NCBI GenBank assembly: GCA_947629635.1
Contig: CANREO010000002.1
Span: 1 to 44,151, forward strand
Source: an uncultured Clostridia bacterium
GTDB lineage: Bacteria > Bacillota > Clostridia > Christensenellales > CAG-917
DNA: 44,151 bases
Reading direction: 5' to 3'
Shown here: positions 17,728 to 25,462 of the stretch, one piece after another
How the letters are laid out: the number at the start of each line of letters is the position of its first letter
Position numbering within the stretch: the first letter of the stretch is position 1
Program-made: the position numbers and the translations under genes
The notes under the pieces: model-generated
The model's input: only the letters and a program-made list of their open reading frames with translations
Told to the model about the DNA's origin: nothing
Databases searched by the model: none

Positions 17728-18732
17728 TTACAGCAAGCGTATGCCCGCCTTATTGCACTCTTCTATCATATCCGCCGGCCAAATGCTCGCCTGCACTTCG
17801 CCGATATGAGCCTTTTGCAAAATCAACATGCAAAGCCTGGATTGCCCTATGCCGCCGCCTATCGTCAATGGAAGTTCTCCCGAAACTATTTGCTTGTGAT
17901 ACTCGTGCGCCATTCTGTCCTCGGCGTGGGCGGCTTTTAGTTGTTTGACAAGACTTTCCGCGTCGACTCTGATGCCCATAGAGGATATCTCCAAGCTGTC
18001 GTCCAGCACCTCGTCGTAGAAGATTATATCGCCGTTAAGTTGCCAATCGTCATAGTCCGGAGCTCTTCCGTCGTGAGGTTTGCCGTCGGAAAGTTCGCCG
18101 CCGATGTTCATAAGAAAAACAGTCCTGTACTCCTTGGCCAGCGCGCGCTCTCGGTCGTGTGCGCACAACTCCGGATATCTTGCAAGCGCCTCCTCCGTCG
18201 TGACAAACGTCGCGTCCCTTTTCAATTTCAGATCAATTGAGGGAAATACGCGCTTTGTTTCTTCAAGAGTATCGACTATTGCACTGACTATGCGAGAGAC
18301 GACCATTTTCAAAAAATCGACGTTGCGTTGCTCGCGACCTATGACCATTTCCCAGTCCCACTGATCCACATAAACGCTGTGCTGGCAATCGCATCTGTCG
18401 TCGCGCCTTATGGCGTTCATATCAGTATAAATGCCCTCGCCGTTTCTGAAGCCGTAACGTTTTAATGCAAGCCTTTTCCATTTCGCAAGCGAATGGACTA
18501 TTTCCGCCTGCACTCCGCCCTGTGCGGATATGTCGAATTTCACCGCTCTCTCGACGCCGTTAAGGTCATCGTTGACGCCCGTGCCGCTCTTCACAAACAG
18601 GGGCGCGGACACCCTTTCAAAGCCGAAATTCTTTACAAAATTGCGCTGGAAAGCGTCTTTTACAAATTTTATTGCCTTTTCGGTTTCCCTCACCGACATT
18701 TTGGACGTATAATTTTCAGGGATAGAATACAT
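17728..18732 (-). CDS. asnA: Aspartate--ammonia ligase (asparagine synthetase A)
   Basis: 334 aa. AsnA-type sequence (VRETEKAIKFVKD..., GGGIGQSRL). SD GGAGG. Confidence 0.9.
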   Translation of the reverse strand: MYSIPENYTSKMSVRETEKAIKFVKDAFQRNFVKNFGFERVSAPLFVKSGTGVNDDLNGVERAVKFDISAQGGVQAEIVHSLAKWKRLALKRYGFRNGEGIYTDMNAIRRDDRCDCQHSVYVDQWDWEMVIGREQRNVDFLKMVVSRIVSAIVDTLEETKRVFPSIDLKLKRDATFVTTEEALARYPELCAHDRERALAKEYRTVFLMNIGGELSDGKPHDGRAPDYDDWQLNGDIIFYDEVLDDSLEISSMGIRVDAESLVKQLKAAHAEDRMAHEYHKQIVSGELPLTIGGGIGQSRLCMLILQKAHIGEVQASIWPADMIEECNKAGIRLL

Positions 18733-18788
18733 CTCTTGCCTCCGAAATTTATTTTATATACGCGTTGCGCATATTTATTTTCCACAAT

Positions 18789-20174
18789 TTACATCAAGTC
18801 GCCGGCAGTGCGAGCATAAAGTTGCACGTCTCTTATGTTTTGTATGCCCGTAACATACATCATAATCCGCTCGAGACCGAGCCCAAAACCGCTGTGAGGC
18901 ACTGAACCGTATTTTCTAAGTTCCATATACCCGACATAGTCTTCCATATTCATGCCGCGCTCTTCCATAGCTTGTTTGAGCTTGTCAAAATCCGCCTCTC
19001 GCTCGCTGCAACCGATTATCTCTCCCACGCCGGGCACAAGCAGATCCGTCGCTGCGACGGTTTTGCCGTCCTCGTTTTGCTTCATATAAAACGATTTTAT
19101 TTTCTTAGGGTAGTTGACGACAAACACGGGCTTGTTGAAAACTTGCTCCGTGATGTATCTCTCGTGTTCGGACTGAAGATCCAACCCCCATTCGACGGGA
19201 TATTGAAATTTTGCTCCGCTCTTTTTGAGAATGTCTATGGCTTCCGTATATTCCAAAATCACAAAGTCGCTGTCAACTACCTTTTGCAATTTGTCGCGAA
19301 GCCCCGGCTCGAACGCCTTTTCGAAAAACGCTATTTCTTCCGGGCATTCCGCAAGCACGGCGCCTATGATGTATTTTATCATGCTCTGAGCGATCTCGAT
19401 GATGTCGGGAAGCTTTGCAAACGCCACTTCGGGCTCCACCTGCCAAAATTCCGCCGCATGACGGGGGGTATTGCTGTTTTCCGCCCTAAATGTCGGCCCG
19501 AACGTGTAAATTTTTCCCATTGCCATCGCGGCGACCTCTCCCTCAAGTTGTCCGCTGACGGTCAATCCCGCCTTGCGCCCGAAAAAGTCATGCGCAACAA
19601 AATCCGCCTCATCTTTGGCAGCCATGGCATCGGTATAGCCGTTTGTGGTGACGCGGAAAATTTCGCCCGCGCCTTCGCAATCGCTACCCGTGATGATGGG
19701 AGTGTGTATATAAGTGAAGCCTCTTTCCTGGAAGAAACGATGTATGGCAAAACTCAGCTTAGAGCGCACTCTTAACATCGCGTTGAAAGTGTTTGTGCGC
19801 ACCCTGAGCTGTGGGATGGAACGCAAAAATTCCATGGAATGATACTTTTTTTGAAGAGGATAATCTTGAGGGCAATCGCCCAACAATTCTACGCGAGTGG
19901 CATTGATTTCAACATCTCCTTCTTTAAGCGCGGCGACCACGGTGCCCTCAACGCTGACGGACACGCCGTTTTTCATAATTTGCGAGACGTCGCCCTTATA
20001 TTCCGCCTTATTGATGACGATTTGCATATGCCTCAAACAAGAACCGTCGTTTAACGCCAAAAACGCCATATTTTTGCTGTCGCGTGCAGTACGCACCCAT
20101 CCTGCGACAGTCACTGTCTTGCCTTTAAAGGCTTCGCCGTTTTTAAGAATCTCCGCAACGTCGATAAATTGCAT
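18789..20174 (-). CDS. asnS: Asparagine--tRNA ligase
   Basis: 461 aa. FRAENSNTPRHAAEFWQVEPE and PHSGFGLGLER. SD GAGGTGA. Confidence 0.95.
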   Translation of the reverse strand: MQFIDVAEILKNGEAFKGKTVTVAGWVRTARDSKNMAFLALNDGSCLRHMQIVINKAEYKGDVSQIMKNGVSVSVEGTVVAALKEGDVEINATRVELLGDCPQDYPLQKKYHSMEFLRSIPQLRVRTNTFNAMLRVRSKLSFAIHRFFQERGFTYIHTPIITGSDCEGAGEIFRVTTNGYTDAMAAKDEADFVAHDFFGRKAGLTVSGQLEGEVAAMAMGKIYTFGPTFRAENSNTPRHAAEFWQVEPEVAFAKLPDIIEIAQSMIKYIIGAVLAECPEEIAFFEKAFEPGLRDKLQKVVDSDFVILEYTEAIDILKKSGAKFQYPVEWGLDLQSEHERYITEQVFNKPVFVVNYPKKIKSFYMKQNEDGKTVAATDLLVPGVGEIIGCSEREADFDKLKQAMEERGMNMEDYVGYMELRKYGSVPHSGFGLGLERIMMYVTGIQNIRDVQLYARTAGDLM

Positions 20175-20334
20175 TTGCTCACCTCTTCGTACGCGTATTT
20201 ATTTGTCGCTCTCGGCGAGATAAAATTTAAGAGCCGAAGTCGCTATAGCTTTATTTCCTTTTATATTTTGTAATTATAAATACAAACTTTTCATTTGTAA
20301 AGTATTTTCGCGCGGCTTGAAAATTTGCTTTTGC

Positions 20335-20364
20335 TTGACTCGTCAAACGGCAAACGGATATAAT
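20335..20364 (+). promoter_or_regulatory. trxB promoter abutting the ATG (candidate leaderless)
   Basis: TTGACT, 18 nt, TATAAT, 6 nt (ACTTTT), then ATG 20371. No SD. Confidence 0.55.
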
Positions 20365-20370
20365 ACTTTT

Positions 20371-21273
20371 ATGAAAACTTTCGACGTGATAATTATCGGC
20401 GCAGGGCCGGCGGGACTCACCGCGGCGCTGTACGCGGCAAGAGGCGGTTTAAAAACTGCCGTAATAGAAAATTCCGCCGTGGGAGGGCAGGCGTCCGCCG
20501 CTTCCGCGATAGAAAACTACCCGGGCATAATATCGATAAGCGGATTCGACCTCGCTTACGCCATGCTTGAACAGTGCAAGCAAGTGGGTGTGACTTTTTA
20601 TTTCGACGGCATAGCATCCATGCAACTCGAAGGCGAGGAAAAGTCGCTGTGCCTCGTCGGAAACGAGTCGCTCGCGGCAAAGTTTGTCATTATTGCGACC
20701 GGAGCATCTCCGCGAAAACTCGACGTCTCCGGTGAGGAGCGCTTTGTCGGCAAGGGCGTCTCCTATTGCGCCACTTGTGACGGCGCGTTGTACAGGGGCA
20801 AGACGGTGGCGGTAATCGGCGGAGGAAACACAGCTGCGGAAGAGGCTCTTTATCTTGCAAACCTCGCAAAAAAGGTCTATTTGATACACCGTCGGGACTC
20901 ATTGAGAGCAGACAAAATTTTGGCGGAAAAACTTGCTGTAAGCGAAGTGGAAATAATTTGGAACAGCGTCGTAACAAATTTGAAAGGCGAAAGCAAATTG
21001 CAGCAAATAGAACTTGAAAATGTCAAAACTCATACATTAAATGCTCTTTGCGTTGACGGAGCGTTTATTGCGATCGGTCGACAACCCAACTCATACGGCT
21101 TCGACGTAAAACTGGACGGCGGCGGATATATCGTCACGGACGAACATATGCACACCTCTTCGGACGGAGTGCTTGCGGTGGGCGACGTGCGAAGCAAAAG
21201 TCTGCGGCAAGTCATAACGGCATGTGCCGATGGGGCTGTCGCCGCCGATACGGCGATAAAAAATTTATTGTAA
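20371..21273 (+). CDS. trxB: Thioredoxin-disulfide reductase
   Basis: The start is reassigned to ATG 20371 (MKTFDVIIIGAGPAG). Redox centre CATCDG and second dinucleotide motif GGGNTAAEEA. Confidence 0.9.
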   Translation: MKTFDVIIIGAGPAGLTAALYAARGGLKTAVIENSAVGGQASAASAIENYPGIISISGFDLAYAMLEQCKQVGVTFYFDGIASMQLEGEEKSLCLVGNESLAAKFVIIATGASPRKLDVSGEERFVGKGVSYCATCDGALYRGKTVAVIGGGNTAAEEALYLANLAKKVYLIHRRDSLRADKILAEKLAVSEVEIIWNSVVTNLKGESKLQQIELENVKTHTLNALCVDGAFIAIGRQPNSYGFDVKLDGGGYIVTDEHMHTSSDGVLAVGDVRSKSLRQVITACADGAVAADTAIKNLL

Positions 21274-21278
21274 TTTGG

Positions 21279-21300
21279 GGACGGCTTGCCGTCCTTTTTT
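21279..21300 (+). terminator. trxB terminator
   Basis: GGACGG-CTTG-CCGTCC followed by TTTTTT. Confidence 0.8.
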
Positions 21301-21356
21301 AACAAAATACTTTAATTGAAGACAAAAATTTTTATAACTCTCGATGGCTGTTCTCA

Positions 21357-21362
21357 TATAAT
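21357..21362 (+). promoter_or_regulatory. -10 box (TATAAT) 7 nt upstream of the glmM ATG
   Basis: TATAAT-GGTTCGT-ATG. No SD before any candidate start, and the -35 is weak. Confidence 0.35.
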
Positions 21363-21369
21363 GGTTCGT

Positions 21370-22725
21370 ATGCGATATTTCGGAACGGACGGTATAAGGG
21401 GCAAGGCAGACGCCCTGCTGGAAGAAGAATTGCCCTACTGGCTTGGCAGAGCGCTGGCTTTTAAGGAGAGCAAAGTCATTGTGGCGCGCGACGTGCGCCT
21501 CTCTTCTTTGGACATTGAAAAACAGCTTTGCAAAGGGCTGTTGGACGGACGCGCGCAAATTTGGCTGACGGGGGTGTTGCCTACGCCCGCGTTGGCGTAC
21601 ATAGCTTCCAAAGAAAAGGCCGATTATGCCGTTATGATCACCGCCTCCCACAATCCGCCCGAGTTTAACGGTTTGAAAGTTTTCGGCAAATGCGGAAAAA
21701 AATTGAGTTTTAACGAGGAAAAAAATTTGGACGGCGCAATTGTAGCCCTGCGTGTCGGGACTACGGAGATCTCAGACGACGGGGTCGCCGCCGACGGTTG
21801 CTATGAAGAGGACAGTCATTTGCAATACGAGATTTTCGCGAATAATCATCGGGTGCGCATCGCTTCGGGCGCGGAACAGCTGTATGCCGAACACGTCTCG
21901 TCGATGTTTCCTCGCTTTGACGGCATAAAAGTCTGTCTGGACTGTGCGCACGGATGCTACGCGACGCTCGCCCCTAAAATATTCGAAAGTCTTGGCGCAA
22001 AAGTGCGCGCAATACACAACACGCGCGACGGCGCGCTTGTCAACGTCAATTGCGGCTCTACTCACATCAAGGCCTTGATCGACGAAGTCAAGCCCGGCGA
22101 GATCGGTTTTGCCTTTGACGGCGACGGCGACAGAGTCATCGCGGCAGTGGACGGCAAACCATACGACGGCGACGCCATACTCCTTGCGCTTTCCACGCTA
22201 TATCGCATCCAGGGTAAATTGCGCAAAAAATTCGTCGTCGGAACGATACTCACAAACTCCAGATTGCAACGCGAACTGGCATTTCAAAATACGGCGCTCG
22301 TACGTACCGATGTCGGCGACAAACATGTATTGGAAGCGCTTATAAATTCGAATTGCCCACTGGGCGGCGAAAAGAGCGGACATGTCATCATGACGGACCG
22401 CGCTCTTACGGGCGACGGCGTCATCACCGCTCTTGCTCTTCTGGAAGTGAAAAAAACGATAGGCTCTCTTCCGCGCTTTGTGCCATACCCTATGCTGGAA
22501 TTCAACATCGAGGCAGAACATCCCGAAGATTATATCTCCTCTGCGGAATTCGAAGCAAAACTTAAACTGGTGAAGCTCAAATACAACAAAAAGGGCCGAC
22601 TTATCGTCAGACCAAGCGGCACCGAACCTTTTGTGCGCGTCGCCTTTGAATGCTTTTCCCAGGAAGCGGAACCTGTTTTTGCCGACATCAAGCGCATGCT
22701 GAGCGCGCAGCGACTTTCCGAATAA
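21370..22725 (+). CDS. glmM: Phosphoglucosamine mutase
   Basis: It starts MRYFGTDGIRG. Phosphoserine loop TASHNPPEFNG, Mg site FDGDGDR, and GGEKSGH. The start could instead be ATG 21361. Confidence 0.85.
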   Translation: MRYFGTDGIRGKADALLEEELPYWLGRALAFKESKVIVARDVRLSSLDIEKQLCKGLLDGRAQIWLTGVLPTPALAYIASKEKADYAVMITASHNPPEFNGLKVFGKCGKKLSFNEEKNLDGAIVALRVGTTEISDDGVAADGCYEEDSHLQYEIFANNHRVRIASGAEQLYAEHVSSMFPRFDGIKVCLDCAHGCYATLAPKIFESLGAKVRAIHNTRDGALVNVNCGSTHIKALIDEVKPGEIGFAFDGDGDRVIAAVDGKPYDGDAILLALSTLYRIQGKLRKKFVVGTILTNSRLQRELAFQNTALVRTDVGDKHVLEALINSNCPLGGEKSGHVIMTDRALTGDGVITALALLEVKKTIGSLPRFVPYPMLEFNIEAEHPEDYISSAEFEAKLKLVKLKYNKKGRLIVRPSGTEPFVRVAFECFSQEAEPVFADIKRMLSAQRLSE

Positions 22726-22816
22726 AACGCAATTTGGGGTTTATCTTACGGTCTCGGCACAACAAACCGCCGTTTTGCCGAATTTTTTCTTATCTTAATA
22801 TATGCGTCGTCTATTA

Positions 22817-22845
22817 TTGACTTATTTTTTACATTGAATTAAAAT
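22817..22845 (+). promoter_or_regulatory. Promoter of the DUF3137-like/lemA operon
   Basis: TTGACT, 17 nt, TAAAAT, about 40 nt upstream of SD AAGGGAG and ATG 22889. Confidence 0.5.
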
Positions 22846-22888
22846 GAATTACGGCATACAAATATAGATGCATATAAAAGGGAGCGAT

Positions 22889-24706
22889 ATGGACGACAGC
22901 ATTTTGGAGCCACTTGAGGCTTACAAAAACATATACAAAAAGCAATTCGTCGACAATGCCGACGACATGTTTGAATCCCTTGTCAAAAAATCCGGAATCG
23001 ATGTCGGAAAGAATCGCGCAACGACTAAGGCAATGCGAAACGAAACGGCGGCGAGCGCGACGATCGCGCGCAAAAGATCTGGGCTGAACGCCCTACGCGT
23101 CTTTTTGATCATCCTCGCTGTCGTAGGAGCAATTGCCGCCGCCGTCGGCATTTATCTGCTTGCGGAAAACATGACTTTGGAAGGTGGGCTTTGCCTCGGC
23201 ATAGGCCTTTGCGGCGGCGTTTTATCTGCAATTGTCATATTCGCGGCGCTCAATCCCAAAATTAAGGTTTTAGAAGCTCAAAAGCGACAGCATGACCAAA
23301 AGGCGGAGGCTCTGCGCAACGAGGCATGGGAACAAATGCGATCGCTGAACGGACTTTTTGACGATAATATGACGAAGCAACTTATCGAAAAGACCGTGCC
23401 GCTTATAAAAATCGACGACAATTTCAACATGCGTAGATACGATTATCTCAGCGGCAAATACGCCTTTGGTGCGAACGACGCCGCAGATCGGTCTACAATC
23501 GGCATTTTGACGGGAGAAATACTCGGCAATCCGTTCGTTGAGGACAGGCAACTTGTCGGATCGTGGGGGTCGCAAACATATTACGGCAGCATAGTGATAA
23601 CCTGGACGACCACATATCGCGACTCCAACGGACATTTGTGCACCCAACATCATTCTCAAACCCTGACGGCGTCCGTGACTAAGCCCAAACCCATATATCA
23701 AAAACAAACTCGTCTGATATACGGCAATGAAGCGGCGCCGGATTTGCACTTTACGCACAAGCCCACTCATGCGGAAAGGATGTCCGAAAACTCGCTGGAG
23801 CGCAAGGTTAAATCGGGCAGTAGGAAGCTGCGTCGCCGTCAAAGAAAGCAACTCGCAAACGGAAAGGGCACGTTTACCCAAATGGGCAACGAAGAATTCG
23901 ACGTGCTCTTCGGGGCAGATGACAGGGACAACGAAATTCAGTTCAGACTGTTGTTTACTCCCCTTGCGCAAAAAAACATGCTCTCGCTTATGAAGGACGA
24001 CGAGGGATTCGGGGACGATTTCAATATGCGCAAAGTCGGCTGCCTCAACTACATATCTTCCGAGCATTCCGCCAATTGGGATATGGATACAAGTTTTGAA
24101 AAGTATTATTCTTTCGATGTGGATATATGCAAACAACGTTTTTTGCAATTCAACGCTCAGTATTTCAAATCACTTTTTTTCGATCTTGCGCCACTGTTGT
24201 CGATCCCCTTATATCAGCAACACAAACCACGCGAATACATATATAGAGAAAATTACACACGTAATTACACCGATTACGAGGCGGAATGCGCAGTCAACGC
24301 ACTTGGCGAAGACGCCTTCAAGCATCCCATGTCCGCAACTCCGGCGCTTTTGAAAACCGCGATTATATCAAAAGACGGCCGTTCCGATCACATCGAAGTT
24401 ACGGCTTACTCATACAAGTCGGAGGATCGGGTGGAGTTTGTCACGATGCTCGGCGGCGACGGGCATCTGCACAGTATTCCCGTACATTGGCTCGAATATC
24501 TTCCCCTCGAAAACAAAAGCACAGTAAAAATAAAGGAACTGGGCTTTTCTCAGAGAGAATTTTATACGCGATTGGCCGAAACGGAACTCGGCAAAACGAT
24601 CGACGGCTACGGAAAGCGCAACGCATATTCGCACGGCTTGCTGTGCTGTCTTGTGGACGCGTCCGACAAAACATTTGACACCGAACTCGATAGAGTTATA
24701 AAATAG
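22889..24706 (+). CDS. Membrane protein with a TM hairpin, DUF3137-like core and an extra ~200-aa C-terminal region
   Basis: Start at ATG 22889 with SD. Two adjacent TM helices (residues ~80-130). The segment EEFDVLFGADDRDNEIQFRLLFTPLAQKNMLSLM resembles the DUF3137 hallmark block (from memory). Confidence 0.5.
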   Translation: MDDSILEPLEAYKNIYKKQFVDNADDMFESLVKKSGIDVGKNRATTKAMRNETAASATIARKRSGLNALRVFLIILAVVGAIAAAVGIYLLAENMTLEGGLCLGIGLCGGVLSAIVIFAALNPKIKVLEAQKRQHDQKAEALRNEAWEQMRSLNGLFDDNMTKQLIEKTVPLIKIDDNFNMRRYDYLSGKYAFGANDAADRSTIGILTGEILGNPFVEDRQLVGSWGSQTYYGSIVITWTTTYRDSNGHLCTQHHSQTLTASVTKPKPIYQKQTRLIYGNEAAPDLHFTHKPTHAERMSENSLERKVKSGSRKLRRRQRKQLANGKGTFTQMGNEEFDVLFGADDRDNEIQFRLLFTPLAQKNMLSLMKDDEGFGDDFNMRKVGCLNYISSEHSANWDMDTSFEKYYSFDVDICKQRFLQFNAQYFKSLFFDLAPLLSIPLYQQHKPREYIYRENYTRNYTDYEAECAVNALGEDAFKHPMSATPALLKTAIISKDGRSDHIEVTAYSYKSEDRVEFVTMLGGDGHLHSIPVHWLEYLPLENKSTVKIKELGFSQREFYTRLAETELGKTIDGYGKRNAYSHGLLCCLVDASDKTFDTELDRVIK

Positions 24707-24724
24707 AAAAGACGGAGGTATATT

Positions 24725-25393
24725 ATGGCAAATGAATTGGATGAGATGAGAGATCCCGGCATTGACGAAGGCAATGATACAAAGGTCATCAACAAAAAAC
24801 TCGAAGTCAAAATCGGAGTCGGCTCAAAAATTTTCGACGTGATTTGGTGGATCATCCCCCCGATCATCGGCGGAATAGTTTGGAGCGTCATTAAAGTAAA
24901 GGCAAAAAATCACTTCCAAAAACTGCAACAAAAGTTACAGCACGACGCGTCTCAGATAGACAATTATTTGGAACAACGCGTGCAGATCTTGAAAAACTGC
25001 GCTCGCCTTGTAGACAAGGCTATCGAACTTGACAAGGACACATTCACTCAAATTGCGGCTCTGCGCTCCAATAACAGCGACAGCGACGCCGCAAGAAACG
25101 AGATAGCCGGTCAGCTCGAGGCAATAAGCAGAAGCATCAATATCGCCGTGGAAAACTATCCCAACCTCAAGGCGCATCAGGAACTCGAAGACGCCATGCA
25201 ACAAAATTCATACCTGCAGAGGGAAATTACCGCGGCGCGCGAAGTTTACAACGACACCGTGCTTGCCTGGAACAGGGACATCTTCAGTTGGCCAGCAAAG
25301 CAGATCGTAGCGGCAAAGGCGGGATATACAACTCGTATTCCATTTGCCGTTGACCGGGAAACAAAAGAAGCCGCACGTGGCGAATTCTTTTGA
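24725..25393 (+). CDS. lemA: LemA family protein
   Basis: 222 aa. One TM helix, then a LemA-type helical domain (ENYPNLKAHQELEDAMQQ..., REVYNDTVLAWNRDIFSWPA). SD GGAGG, 18 nt after the upstream stop. Confidence 0.85.
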   Translation: MANELDEMRDPGIDEGNDTKVINKKLEVKIGVGSKIFDVIWWIIPPIIGGIVWSVIKVKAKNHFQKLQQKLQHDASQIDNYLEQRVQILKNCARLVDKAIELDKDTFTQIAALRSNNSDSDAARNEIAGQLEAISRSINIAVENYPNLKAHQELEDAMQQNSYLQREITAAREVYNDTVLAWNRDIFSWPAKQIVAAKAGYTTRIPFAVDRETKEAARGEFF

Positions 25394-25418
25394 TAAAAGT
25401 TTTGGATAAAAAATCAAG

Positions 25419-25444
25419 GGACTGCGAATGCAGTCCTTTTTTTT
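25419..25444. terminator. Bidirectional terminator between lemA and the ABC gene
   Basis: GGACTGC-GAAT-GCAGTCC followed by T8 and preceded by an A-run. Confidence 0.8.
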
Positions 25445-25462
25445 GATATACTTAAACGCAAT

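Noticed and set aside
20175-20316. T-box riboswitch upstream of asnS.
   Set aside because: Only about 140 nt is available. There is no T-box consensus (AAnnnGGGTGGTACCGCG-like) and no specifier or antiterminator architecture. A plain promoter plus SD fits better.
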